Below, one piece after another: positions 42,592 through 57,500 of a DNA stretch of 64,000 nt. The notes beneath the pieces are model-generated. The model was not told the DNA's origin, made no database searches, and saw only the letters and a program-made list of their open reading frames with translations. Numbering within the stretch: the first letter of the stretch is position 1; each line of letters begins with the position of its first letter. This stretch comes from Giardia intestinalis. Its lineage: Eukaryota. A program made the position numbers and the translations under genes. The stretch lies in assembly GCA_000002435.2 (NCBI GenBank), contig CM018792.1; one strand, written 5' to 3'.

Positions 42592-45500
42592 ATGCTTCCA
42601 GCGGCCCATGCAGCGGAAGATCTCCTCCTTCTCCTCCAACATCCGGCAGAGCGGAGAATCACCGCTCTTCCAGGATACTCGTGCGTTACTGCGCTCGGAA
42701 GACACAGCAGCTCTGAGGTAGTCTTCTGCAGCGAAGAAGAGGGCCAGGTTACCTTTACACCAGAGCGACCGGCACCTCCCTTTTCTTTTCTCTTCTACAA
42801 GAGCCAGGATGCAGCCCCTGCTGTGCTTCTAGGATGCAGCAGCTGCCAGGAGCAAACGTCCCTGCTTTCTACTATTCTTATAATTTTCACTGCTGTTTAC
42901 AAACAATCTGCTCGTTTCCAAACACAGCAACTATACCCGCTTTACGAGCAATTCTACCGCCTACTTCGACTTGACCCTCTACTTGTTCAATCGTCTGTGC
43001 TCGTTGACCTCCTTGAACATTCACCCCACATAGACCTTCCTGCGGCCCTAGATGCACCTCTGGTTTACAGATACGAAATGGGGGTGCGCCACTACTTCAG
43101 TAACATTTTGCACCTCTGGGCCTTAGAGGCGTCCAATCTCCTGAGCTTTAGCCAGGGGCCCCGTGTGTATGATGGACCCAGCACAAACACAAAGTGTGCA
43201 TATGGGACTCCAGAATATAGTGTCTTTGTTCCACGAATCAAAAGCTTTATAGACTCTATGCGTAAGCACATTAAACTAACGGGCTTCTCCTATACTGACT
43301 GTTTCAATCTGATCATTCTTGAAAAGCTAGCACAAATGCCATCATTGTTTAGTTTTATTCTCACAGGGAGCCAAAAGCATTCTCATCTTTTGTCCATCAA
43401 GCGCTACATTGACCAAGCTTTGGATGACAAGACTAGTGTCTTTCACAAGATGATTTGCATCCTTGCCAAGTCCAATTCACACAGTGTTGGCGAATTCAAC
43501 AGACTCAGCTACTTCTCCCAGAAGCAGGCTGGCGCATTGAAAAGTGCCCTACAACTTGCCATCGCCCTGCTGCCGTATGTGTTGGTTATCCATCGAGTCA
43601 GTACTAGTTATTACCATATTGTGCATAGCGACATTCAAGAAGAACTCTCGTTGGATTTGCTTAGCGACGCTTTCTTTACTGCTATCTGTAATAGACTTAC
43701 TGAGAGTAAGGAGCCCGCAGCCTATGACTTAATTGCTTATTCGCTAGGCTCTGACATAACACTGGCGGTTCAACATGCTATTGGTCCAGACCACTTATTT
43801 GCTACAAACATACTTCTATATAGACGGAACCTTGGGTCTGCACTTCGGTTTCTAGATAGACTAGGGAGTGTCCTTCCTGAGTCTCCCAAGCTTACCACTC
43901 GAATCTCACAACTCAGGCTACGCTGTCAAGATCTTCTCGACCTCAGTATGTGGCAGTATCAATATAACACTGCATTGGGTATTATCAAAACAAGTGTCTA
44001 CGAGTTTCCTCCCTCTCTGCTTACTATTCTCGAAGAGACTGTAAAGACAATCCAGCTTTTCATACCAGATTCGTACTCCACATCTGAGACGGAGCCAACA
44101 AGCAACTTTACCTATGCTCTAACATTGCTCCCGACCGAGGGTGCCTTTGATTGGCTTCCGTTTTTACTGCAAGGTCTAGGATCGGAGCATGTCGTCTCTG
44201 CTTGGCCAAAGAATCTCGTCAATTCATCCTCACTCGATAAACTAAGTGGTTCGGGTTCATACTATCCTATTTGTGGTCGGTATAAACCAACGAACACAAC
44301 TGAGCAGTCTTGTCAAAGAGCAGTCAAGGCGGCTATTCAAGGAGGAAGGCCTACTCCTACAAGCAGATCAACTTCTGGAAGAAAGAAACCAATCCTTAGA
44401 CTGACTCTTGATGTAGACGACCTCCAAGCTTCAAACACAATAGGCTCGAGCCTGTCGGTCAGCTCTTTTTCGCATGTAGCTGAGGCCCCAGTTAAATCTA
44501 TCACCAGAAGAGAAAAAAGCATGTTCAAGTACAACCACCCAAAAAGAAAACTTGTTACTAAATCGCTCACACTCGCAACACTATTTAAGCACAACTTTCA
44601 AGTCATGCAGAGTATCATCCACAGGGCAGATTTCAATTGCATCCACAGCATTTCTGTAGGCCTTCAGCGCCTAGCTCCGAGCTTGGTGCCAACTTTCGAA
44701 GGTGGCCGTGAGATTCAATCGGCTACACCCCCTATTCTTCCCCTGCATTTAGGACGACACATCATTGCAGTGCGCACGCTACTTGAACGGCAAGCGATCT
44801 TTGCAGCACTGTCCCCCTTGCTTCTACAGTTTATCCTTGCCTCTATCAGCTTTCTCTTTTACATCAAGCGCAACGTACTTAAATCATTCTTCAATATTAT
44901 ACATTTGGATCAGTACTACCCATGTGTGCTATTTATCGAACATCACTACAAGCACTGCGTGATTCTAGCATACATGGTTTGTTGTTTCGGAACTGTCCTG
45001 TTGAGGTTTGTAGCCTGGAAAGCCACCGAGTCTCCCTTGCTGTCGACTGTCACAGAGGAATTTCTTAGCAGAGTCACTAGCCACGGACTACTAGATGTGA
45101 TGCTCTATTTGTCCTCTCAGCTTTTGGAGCTATTACGTGTTTCTCTACCAACTCGTACTCATTGCAGACTCGGTGACTATCCATACAAGCATATTGCTTC
45201 ACTGAGCCAGAAATTGCCGTGTCCCGAATTCCTTACATTTCTATGGCTCTTTGATCAAGTATTTGCGGCATTGAAAGCAATGCGCGACGATTGCTATCAA
45301 GCCTGGTCGTCAGCACTCAATCAAACTGCCGAAAAGCTTCACGATATTATGACTTCTGTACCCATTTCTGTAGCAAGCCAGGCCGGTAACTTAGTGAGCT
45401 ATTCCATTGGTAATATAGACCCGCTTCCGAACTTCATTCGGAGTTGTCATCTGTACCAAGTTAGTACGGCATCTCAAATGTTCTCAAGCTCTGATGAAGG

Positions 45501-48500
45501 GACTAATGACCATCCTTTCAACGTATTGTATGATCTTCTGAATAAAAAACATGACGAACAGGACAATTTTCAGACCGTACTACTCAACTTTAAAGAAGAC
45601 TTGCTGAATTGCGGGCCCACAGTGAAGCATGGAGCGTGGATCTTACCTCCAATTTCTCCTCAGCTATCACAAGCCTCGCTTTCGCTTTTTCGGTTCTGTA
45701 TATCTACCTCCATACTTCACAAGCATAGGCGCCTAGAGTCTTTACTTAATGAGCATCGTTCGCTTTATACACGTCTTCATCAGTCCCACCTATGGACGTT
45801 GGTTCGAGAACAGTGTGTACAGGTCGATGCTTTATTCAAGAGTTATCTCTCCAATCCAGCTTTCATCTGGCAGACAACTGACACTATGGAGCAATTTCTG
45901 CAGGACCTCAGCGCTTCTATCCAGCTGCTTTCGTCGCAAACCCATACTCTATCTACTATCACTGCTAATCTTCGCAACAGCCTTATGAGCTATGCGCCAG
46001 CTTTAAAGAAGCGCATTAACTTGCCAATCACACAGCCCCTTGCACCTGTTTCAGAATTTCTAGCATCATCCCGCTCGTGGTCTAATGACCAACTACCAGA
46101 CAGCATTGTTGTGCATATTCTCAATGATATCTTGTCACAGGAGTCAGAACTAGGAGACACACCTAAGTATTTCATTCCAAAGTTTGCAGAGGTAATCCAG
46201 TATCATGAGTATTTGTCGTTTGGAAGCATGGTCCTGGCAGACACGGACTTATGCAATAATAATACTGACGGTGATGGCCTAAATCAACAAATCAGCTTGT
46301 TTATCAATACCTGCAACCAAATTGAAGAGCGTATCTACCTGTTTAAGAGATCTATTGAAAGCCAACTTGATTCTTACTGCAAAGAAGTAGAACTGCTACG
46401 CGCCTCTTCTGAGTTATCTGATGAGCTTTTGCTGGCACTGTTTAATGACCTATCTCTTACCTTGCACGAATTGGCTGTTGTGTGGATGCTTTATCTGTAT
46501 CTTCTCTCTTCACCTAAAACCCCCACCCTACTCCACGTTGCAACGACGCTCATTGGCGACAAGTTATATACAAGTCCCGCCTTAGGGTCACTTTCCGAGA
46601 TCCCCCAGGCGATAACAGACTTACTCTCACTGCTCTCCCTACATAAGACCATCGATCAGCAATCCATGACACCAGAGTTGCAAAATATTTATAGCTGGGC
46701 CGAAACGCTGATCCATGCAGATCCGCTATTACTTCGGCTATCTGAATCTATAGAAGACAGAGCTCTTACTGCAGTACTTCATACAGTCACCGGAAGGTTA
46801 GCTATATGGGTTATTAGCGTCATTCAAATTCCCCTCCTAATTGACCGAGTGCTAGAGAAGTTGCCCGAAATGAAGTCTTCGTTCCACAACTTATGCAGCA
46901 AATCGACACGGCCTGCTAGATTCGATTGCGAATACTCTGCCCTCAACCAATACCTTCCCCTCAATCTCCTTTTTTCGGACACAAGTATTGTTCATTATTA
47001 CAAATTTGATGGGCTTCTATTCCACATAGCAAAGCTATTATTTTTCTGTTACTCGAAAGGGTATGAGCAGTTTGATGGTATTACTTCCACAATCTCTGCT
47101 AGCCATGCCCAGCTTTCCAATTTGAAGCAATCAGAAGACATTGTACTAATGGACCTACATACACATCAGAGTGCCTCCCTATTTCTGGAGAACTTGCTCG
47201 GCTATCTGGGTGACATCTTGCACATACAAGCATCCATAGATCATATACCTAGTACTAAGCAATTTAATAGATTTTTTGCGGAGTTTTTGCGATTTAAGAC
47301 CTTTATCACGGAAAAGGAAAGCAGGATTAGTGTGATAACTTGCGGGTTGTACCTGCTTAGAAGCACAGGCCTTTCGGAGCCTCTTATTTCACAAGCATCC
47401 ACCATCGTGAAGGAGCTGTCTTCTCCAATTCTATTCAATCTTTATTCCATTTTAAATCTCTATCTAGACGCGCTGTCCAGGGTAGAGAAGGAGTGTTACA
47501 CGCATTTAAAGCATGCACTGGGCCAACTTGATGACTCCAGGTCTCTTATCATCGAATACCGTTACTATCCAGTTATCCCATCGACTCTGGAACCGGCAGC
47601 GCTGATAAGGACCGTTTATCTTCTGCGGAGTATCTTTAAAGTCGATGCCCTCAGGAAGCTTTACGAGCAGATTAATAATAGGAGTCAGGTTTTGATCCTT
47701 TACATGCAGAAGAACGGGATAGATATAGAGCCGGTCTTTAAACAATCCACTGAAAAGATCCTAGCTCTCCAAGGGGCGATAAACATTACCTATGAAAAGG
47801 TGAAGTATCTCGTTGATAGCACGCGAGCAAGCCTTCTGGCCTACACTGTGTCTGCTAATGATGCGCTGATGACGGCTCTACATGACTTCCTCAGTTTCAG
47901 GGCTCTTGATCATAGGGAATCGTTAAGCCTGGCACTCCAAAGTGCCATTAAGCAGAGAGCGTTGACAGGGGCACACGTCCGCAATCTATATGTACACGGT
48001 TCCCGGATCCTTCTCTTTCTAGAAGACTCCCTTGTACGCATCCGGCATGTCTACTCCAAGCTGTGTTACCACTATGAGCTGTGCTACCTTCAGGGAATAT
48101 ACGGTCCTGCTATCTTCGTAAAAACAGCGCACGATATGCTGGGCTTCATCAGGCGGAGTATTGAGGGCACTGAGTTTCCCAATTATCTACGCTTGATCGC
48201 CTCATACCAAGTTATCTGGGGACGACTTTGCCAAGTGGCTGACAGACTTCTATATTATGAGGACAAGCCAATAGCCTTGTTCTACGATAGCTACACGGAG
48301 ATAATGGCTTTGCTTAAGGACAGCTACACACTTCGAAGACAAGTCACCCTTGACAATGCAGTTTTTCTTGAATTCTTGAGCTGGTATGAAGATCTTCTGC
48401 ATATTCTTCAAGAAGAGCTTCTCTCCATTATCAATCTCAAAGATTTTACACCAGAGCAATGGCAGGACCTAATTTATCACATCGGGCATGTTACTCAAAG

Positions 48501-51500
48501 CTCTAAATGCATGGCCCTCTGCACTCTGGATAGCGAAACGCAGCTTACTCTTGGAAATGTCCTACTTCTCAAACTGAACACACACCCAGACATACTGAGA
48601 GGGAAGATATCTATGGCCTTGGTTAGCTCTGCCGTCTCAACCAAGGTTACGAATGCAATCTCACACTGGTCCGATCTTAATACCACAGATTTCATAGCGC
48701 TTGTCCGGGAGTTATCTGACATGATGGAATGCACTGGCTTGGAGCACTGTCTCTTCGCAAACTCTATTGTAAAAGGTAGAGCGGCAGATATTTATGTTGA
48801 ACAGTACTTTGATGCCCATGACCTTCTTTCCCTATCTATCATCCAGCGAAGCGCAGAAGAACTGGTACGAGGGATGCTACAATCTACATCACTAAAAGCT
48901 TCTCACACAGCACTTCTATTGGAACATCTTGAAACCTTCAGGGCTGTTGCAGATATGGAGTGTAGCGAGCGATCATTCCCTATGCTCACGTGCTGCCAGG
49001 TGTATCTGCGTACAATTTTAGATGTTGGGCTTGTGAGCGCGGTATTTGTTTCCACTCTGTCTCAGTTATATAATTTTTTAATAGCCTATTCGTATATAGG
49101 GCACGAAGATTGCTTAAACCCCTTTACTGCTTGGACACTCGAGGATGAGGTATCCAAGTGTTTAACCGTACTATTTCATATATTGTCAATACACAAGTAC
49201 ATACTTGAATTGTATGACAACAATCTGCAATTCAAACGATACCTATTATCAGATATGATCGAAGACAGCAGCAAAACTGTGGAGGATATAGAAGCTGTAC
49301 TAGCGTTTCTTCATGGACAGAAAGTGCTCCAGAAGAAGGACCGCTTTTCTGTTGAGAACTTCAATATATTCTGCGGACGTCTTACTAGCTACTTTGTGCC
49401 TATAAGGCTGTGTGCCTTTTCTATGCCCCTTTATCAGGCAGAAGAAGCTTTAAAACTTGAAGACCATACTTCATCGCCTTCCCAGGAACCATCCAACAAC
49501 TCTTCTTCCAAGACTTGCTTAAAAGATGTGTCGATTTATCCACTTATGATTCTACTATGTGTGGCGCTAAAGGCAGTTATGGTAACTATTATTGATTCTG
49601 TTAAGGATTCCTTACCACATCCATCTCTAGAGCAGTCTTCAGAGACTTCTTACATAACAGACTATGCAGTTACGGAAATCAGAAAGGCCATTATTCCTTA
49701 CAATCTCTTCTGCCTGTTTTCGAAGGGTCTTAATGTATGTGTCACACTTAATACCTTGTTATCCCTTTCAAAAATAGATCCTTTACTAAACGGGATTGTA
49801 TCTGGGGATCTCTCTTTTAGCAATCCCAACCACAAATTTTTTCTTCAAGCCTTATCAGAGGCTAGCGGATCTGAGTCTACTTCAGATGCAGCAGAAGCCG
49901 ATGTAAGTAACTGCTCCCTCTTCAGAACTGCTCTACTATCAACTTTCTGCAATCCCTTTCTTAAGAGACTGCTCGCCGGATATCAGAAGCTGATTACCAG
50001 CTCTGAGGATCAAAACATTATTATAGGCTATTGGTGCGACTTTCCCAGTGAGTCTCCGATGATCTTCTATCAACCTGTCAACCTTTGTGCTGTTAATAGA
50101 TGGATATGTACCTCTGAATGCTGCAATTTACATCCCTTATGGCTTGCGGTTATTTCTGTTTTTCATGCATACGAGGAAACCTTGCGCATAGGATCCTTGC
50201 TTGCCCTCCGTGAGCTTCGTGCACTATGCTCGCTATCTTTGTCGGTGGATCTTTGCACCAACCCATCAGCAAATGATGAAGATCACGCCAAGGGAGTCTA
50301 TCTTACTTACGGCTACTGTGACCTAGATGCGTATCAATACGAATTTGTTCCTTTTCAGGCCATGTATATCGGTGCGCGCTTGTTTTTGAGCACACTTTGT
50401 CTATTCCAACACGATTACACCGGGAGGGCCTCCATCATATCCTCAACAAGCAACGACTTTCTTATCTACATCTGTGCACTAGTACAGAAGCACATGTCTA
50501 TAATCACTGAATTGCCACTGCAATTGCTTATGCTTCAGAAGGAGGGTAACAGTGAGACGCAGCTGCTTACAAGACTCATTGACCTACCCTCTATGCAGTG
50601 GAAAAGTGCCATGCTATGGCTACTCTTTGAAGACTTCTGCGAAAAATTAAAGGCCTCAGAAACAACCCTTCAAGTGCTACGGGATAGAGCCCTTAGTGGA
50701 GGAAAGGCTTCCATAGACCCTGACTTCATCGCTAGGGATCTACTCCAGAAGCTGGTAAGCGATAATGTGCTCTTCTTGCAAATGGAGCTCAGCATCTTTC
50801 CGGGGCAGGCGATGTCTCTACTAAATAGCCTTGACATCTCTTTCAGTCCCTCAAAAGCAGCTTCTAGGGGTATCATGTACTGTGCTTCTTCATCTCCAAA
50901 CGGGGTTGTTATCGCCAGATCGTTGTTTGCCCAGATTGCATCATCCATACCCAGTTTACCGATGATAGACTTAATTAGAGTTTACTCTCCAACTTTATCA
51001 GTAACACGAAGTTATCTGAATGGTCTGTTGACCGCAGCTTCTTGCCAAAGCATGCTATTGTATGGGCTTCAGTTCATTTCACTAGTTCGTTCAATTTTTC
51101 AGACAATTCTTTTCTCTGATGAATCTCAAGTGCATAGAAAGCAGTCAGTCCAGTTCTTCGTCGCTCACCAAGCACAGCAAGTACTCACGGAGATTGCGTC
51201 CGTGCTATGCTTTTCCAACACACAAAACAAGCAGCCAAGTGCCTCAGTGTTATCCGCATGTAGCCATGAAGCTGTTACTCAAAGATATTCACTGATTCTT
51301 GTCCCAATTGATTCCAAGTGGGAAACTTTTCAACGACAAGATCTCGCTGTCTGCGGATCTGATCAAAGTTTCAATCGAAATGTCTCAGTAGATAAGCAGT
51401 CGGATCAGTCGCACATATACAGAGCGTGTGTGGAGATAGCAAACCTAATCAGGGATCCATCTAACGGAAAGGTGACTTGCAGAAATTTGGAACGTGCTCT

Positions 51501-54500
51501 TGCTAAATTTTTATATCATCTACTTGCTGGAACAACCATTGAATCAGCAGAGAAATTTCTTTATTTATCTATAGACGAACTGCTGCGGACCTTGGCACCA
51601 CTGTCCTTGATAGGAATTAGACGGGTTGCAGAACATAATACTATGTCAGTACTATTTGATTCCAAGGTGTTTATGATGCATGCACAAAGTATTCTTCAGC
51701 AGATGGTGTCTATGGACCTTGATGAGCGGCTTCTCCAGTGTATGGACCCGCTGCTTGACTGGCTGGTTCAACTGGTGATGCGGCTTAGGTATCTATTCAT
51801 TGTGGCAAGTCCCCTCAACGCTGTTGTACTCTGTGGGCCAGTCTTTTCCTATGTCCACGTCCTTCCGTGGATTTTCTTTCGAGCTCTTAAATCCTCTGGC
51901 TTTCCAACTTGTTATTCCTCCGAGCAATCTGAGCACCTATCCAAGGAAGCACAAGACTATGCATTTTTATCCATTCATTCTCTAAGGTTATCATCTGATA
52001 GATCTATCAGGGAAGTGATTTCCCTTTATGCTTCAGAGCAACCCTGTTACAGAACTATTCTTATGTTGACAACAGAAAGTCTTACTGATGAACAAAGAGA
52101 CATCTGCCATCGTTATGGAATTCCGATTCTTAACACAGCAAGGCCCATTGCTGACGCAAATGACTTTAAGCATTTAGAGCTTCTCTCCCTCTATACAAAC
52201 CTCCATGCTTGGTGCTGCCCAATATATCCAAGAATAAATGGCACTTGGAGCTTCACTCCTTCGCCATTCTCGTTAATATCAATGCGCCACGATACAAGTT
52301 CAGCTTTGGAGTCACAAGCAGAGCTAAAAGAAGTGCAGCAGCAAGACCCAGAGTCTATGACGGAATCGTCGGAGCGCCTTCAGAGTATGTATTTGAGTAT
52401 TAATCATCAGAGGAAGCTCCTTGCCCCCCGAATAGTCCACTCCTTTATAGAATTGTCTGGAGTGTATAGAGATCTTGTTGAAAAGGCTGTATCATCAACC
52501 GCGCTTTGCACGTATTATCGTTACCACGCTATAACTGGCGCCTTGTCTATCGTGTTGGCCATACTTGACACGCTTCTGATGGACCCATGCATTAGGGTTA
52601 ATATTTTGAGATTGGAAACAAAGTACTTTCATGCCATTGTTGTGTTCTCGTGTAGCTGGGCCTACGCTGCCTTGCCAATAAAGTCCCATCGTAATGTAGA
52701 TCTTAAATCTGACTGTGCTAGTGCACCAGCTAGTCAAGCCGAGAGTTTCCTATATGTAGATTCATCTATCCGCAAAAAATCGCCCCTTCTTCTCAAAACT
52801 GTGCCTCGCACCCTGCACACCAGGCAAGCGGTCATCGACTCTGCTCAGATTTCATGGCCTGTGTTTCTTAGCAACGCCTTAGGCTCCCTTGTGCTGACTA
52901 AGATAGGATGTCATGCCTCAAACATATATGATTTTGTACCGGCTGTTCGGGTAGAAAACAAAGTGATTGTCGATGCTCTGGTCACCACATCTCTCTGTTT
53001 GGAGCACAGATCTTGGCCCGAACTGGCCCAGACTCCCAGGGCATTAGTTCCACAAATCGTGGTGACACTATGTCAACTTTATGCAGGGGAAAGGCTTCTT
53101 TCCGCTGACGCTGGCCTATCGCACATTGAATTCTCTGCTCTAAGTGCACACATATCTCACTTCTATTCCCTCGGGGTGTATAGCCTTCCTGCACAGCGCT
53201 GTCTCGGGATTCTTAGTAATGTCTTTATCATACCTGGTGCTCAGCCAGTACGTAGAACAGCTACGCCAGAGAGTAACTCCAAGCGTCGGCTTACACCTCT
53301 TCAAATCGTGCATTGTGCCTTCTATCCACTTAGTCGAGATCCAACTAGCAAAGCTGGAGATGCTACGAACCTTACATTACGCTCTGGCGACCCAGAGTTC
53401 TGCCCCCTTGTTGTGGCTGCAATACCCATCTTTCTAACGCCTTCATCTCAGCAACACAAGGCATACTCTTACGCTAAGACATCAAGTCAGATTCTATATA
53501 TCTTTGATCACCATCCCCCTAGGCAACACATACAGAGACTTCACCACCCCGCGTCCATGGTTCTACTCCAAGACACATACCCCGGTTCGCAACAAGCAGA
53601 TTCACGGTTTACATTTATGACCCCGCGGATCAACTCGACTGTGCATACTCTAGTATTTCAACTTTTCCAGCCATTAGCTAGCACCTTACCTCTTTCTTGT
53701 GATCAGGATGCCTACATTATCCTGATTCAGCTTACTCTTCAGGCAATTCAGGATTACCGAGGGCCTGCAGAACATCATCACTCTCTCAATACTATGCTAG
53801 AAATATTGGCTCCTGTTCAGTCGTTGTTGGAAGGCTTTGTCCTCAACGAGAAAATAACCCGGAACGTATACCGGTCATTAGCGCATGAAGAGCTAGTTTC
53901 GACAAGCGAGCCTCTTCTCACGCCCAGTCTTGCTATTTTTGCATGGCTTCTTTCCACTGTCGACTTTTATACATCATGCTTCTCTAAATCATTCTATGAT
54001 AGTCCAGAACGCAGCAGTTTCAGTGAGCTGAAAGACTTCTATGGAAGCCTACTCTCTCTGGCCTCATTCAAGGCTAGCAAGGTTGCAAGTACAGATGCAG
54101 ACCCTGGGACCTTCCTTAGCAGCTCTGTAAAGTCTTTTGGCACCATGGAGCTTCTAGAGTTCTACGAGACGTACCCTCTGTTTGCTATTTCGCTCGGACA
54201 CACCAATCTTTTTCTACCGCTAAGGTTACGGAATATATCCACCTTTCCCATAAGAACTGGCTCCAACACAATGACTGGTATCTTGTCCAACTTCGCGGCA
54301 CATGCCCAGAAGCTTGAAGAAGTGGTTACACATTCGGTACCCCCGCTAGATTCTTCAATGTTCTTACGTCTCCTCGGTCTCCAAAAGTATCAACAATTTC
54401 TTCTGGCAAACAACACATCATTGCCTCTTCCCTGTCCCGTAACTAAATCATCTGAACAGGCAGAGTCATCCACTTCAATTGATGTAGGAACAATTTGCAC

Positions 54501-57500
54501 AACAGCTATCCAATGCATTAACTTTAGAATACTGTGTGATCTATTTTCAAATATACATAAGATCCTGCACTCCACTCCTTTGGATCCGCTGGATGGCAAC
54601 TACATATACTACTCACATATCTCTATGCCTGCATTTAGAGTCGGGGTTCTTCTTCGTAATCTTTCTCTTTTCCCCGTTACACGTGCAGAAGGCGTCTCAT
54701 CAATCCTTGTCAACTCTCACCTAAGGCTCTCTCGATTCATTCTCACAGAACCAGGACACTCTCTTAGGGACACACTGGCATATGCTTGCAATTTGCGGGG
54801 GCTAATATACCCACTCGAAGTTGTTGGCATACAGAGTACGGAGCAGGGCATCTTGCTGGAGATTGCGCAAACACTATCGCTAGGCTATATGCTGGTTGCG
54901 TGGATGCGAAAGCCTGTCTGCATATACATCTCTTCGTATGCGGTTCGAAATGCTAAGATTCTTGCGTCATTGGTTTCACTCCTATGTTACGGGTACTCTC
55001 CAGAAATCATGAGCACATTAACGACAATAGAGCAATACGCATTAACTCGAAAGATTCTTGGATTACTCTATGACCCATCTTATGGTCCAGAAAGATCGAA
55101 CAGTGCAATACTCAAAGACTTTAGCAGCATTGTTGATGGCCCTCTCGAACGCATAGGCATCCTTCAAATTTCTGAGGACAGTAGTCCATCACTTGTCAAG
55201 GCTATACGTGCATCTGGTCTCCGGCGCTTTCTAAGTCTTGTTGCGTTGGCTCACTTCTCAATTCCGCCAGCCTCTTCACGTGGACGAGATCCAAATCAGA
55301 ACTACACGTCACAATTGAAACTAAAACGGACAGGGGATCCTCCTATTTCAGTTCTGAACACATTGCCAGAGCTTCTGTGCTCCCCCATTGATGTTCTTTC
55401 AACAACTTCGGCAGACGTATCCCTGTCCTCCCTTTTGCATGTCTATGTGGACGTTCCCATATACTCTGATGTTCATTTGTTTCTGAAAATGGCTCACTAT
55501 AATCACATATATACCAGTAATTTGGTCTTTGCTATGCCCCCAGCTACAGAGTTCGGCCTTGTCGAACATACCCTTCGCAGAGAGCTGAGTATGGAGACTC
55601 CAGCCCTTCTTCAAGATATACTAGACGACCAGGAGTGTCTAAAGCTAGCTAAAGTATATACACACATAATCACTTATCTATCTAAAGTAGTGGATAAACG
55701 TTTATTGTTCTACTACACATCCTACTCAACTTGCGTAGAATTTGGTAAAGTTTTCAAGTCTCTGCTCTACCATAGGAGGCACACATTTACTGTTCGTCAG
55801 AAGCACTACGATCTTGCACTCACCAATCTTCGACTTGTCCATGAAAACTCTGAGCAGGCCTTAGAATCTTGCAGACGAGCATCCGCAGAGATCCAAGCAC
55901 ACTCACTTGCATTTCAAAACACTAACTTTGAGCTATCACATTTAGAAGAGGAGATTTCGGTAGTCAAACAGCGACTGTGCGTTAGAACTAATGATAAGAG
56001 GTATGCAGAAGAGACACTGAAAGAGGCATCTGAACTTCAGAATCAGTACAAGAAACAGATAGTAGTATTTCATAGACAAATGGATAGGATCTCCGATTAT
56101 CAAAATTCAGTCAATCCCATTTTATTTGCTGCAGGCTGGCAGACGCATAAACGCTTTCAGGAGTGCCTTTCTATGGCCTGCCTACACTTAGCTGCATGTA
56201 CCTCCAAGAAAGTCTCAGTTTTCGCGCTCTCAGTACCGAAGAAGGGGGCGTCAAAGCATACATCGAAAGAGATAGAGCCATCTCTGGATACATTCAAGCG
56301 GCGCGTTAGCAATATTGATGTGTTTATCAAGGAGATGATTGCACCCTCTCCCGAGGAAATAGTCAACTCTCCGCACTATCAGCTTATTAAGGACTATCTT
56401 CTGGATGCCATAGAAAGTATTTCCGGCTATAGACATACCGCCTCAACATATCTCGTGCCAATCGAACATGTCAAGGTGGAGAAGGGGGCCCAGAGTGACC
56501 TTGCTGTTCTCCCCAAAGAAATATCGACACGTCTTCCACCATTCTATACAAAAGAGAAGGCACGTTATGTTCCATCAACCATGGATCTTTTAAGGGCCTC
56601 TGTCGAAGTGCGAAGTGTCCACGTGATTGCTGATATGCTTTTCTGGATCCTCCTTTTCCAGATGGAGCTTAGTACCATGTGGATTAATGGCGCCGAGTAC
56701 AGAACGGTTATTTCTGATCAGGAAACTGCTATTTCAAACTGCGCAAATGATATTGACAGCCTGGAGCGTCAACTGGCTGCCTTTGAGTCTCGTCTTCTCT
56801 TGGGGCAAGAGCGCAAGCAGAATCTTAATGCAGAGCTAACCAACTTACGCAATAAGTATGCAGAGTCCAAAGATATGTTGTCAACAACCAGCAGCATTTT
56901 AAGCAGCATCAGCGACTTGAGACAGGCTTGGCTTGGAACTAGTGCAGACCTGAAGCTGAAATTAGACAACATTATGGGAGATAGTATTGTCATCGCCACA
57001 GCATATACCATGCTACTCCATGTCAACTCATCAACCCGGTGCAAGCACCTGGCAGGCATAGCAAGTCTCTTGGCAGACACATATGGATACACCATTTCTC
57101 CTGTTTGGACCGAGAAGGGCCTCTCTGATAGCTGCATCACTAACATGACCCTTTCAAGTAACGAACTCATGCAAATACAATACGCTGCTTTAACGTCTCA
57201 CTTCTTTGCCCCACAGGTGCCTCTTTATGAGCGTGATCTGAATATAATTCTAAGCAACACTAGCGTAGAGGTGTCTGGGGACATCAATGTGTCAGAGGAC
57301 GAGTGGCTGGGCCTAATCAACTGTTTCGGATCACTAACAGAAATCGAAGCAGACATACTCCGCCATGGAAGCACACTTATACACGAGACCTTTGTTTTCT
57401 ACGTGACTGCACTGCTATTTGGTCACCGTAACACAGCAATTCTTGTCACAGATCAGACAAGATCCCAGGGGAGGCTCCTCTCAGAAATCGTTTCTAAGGT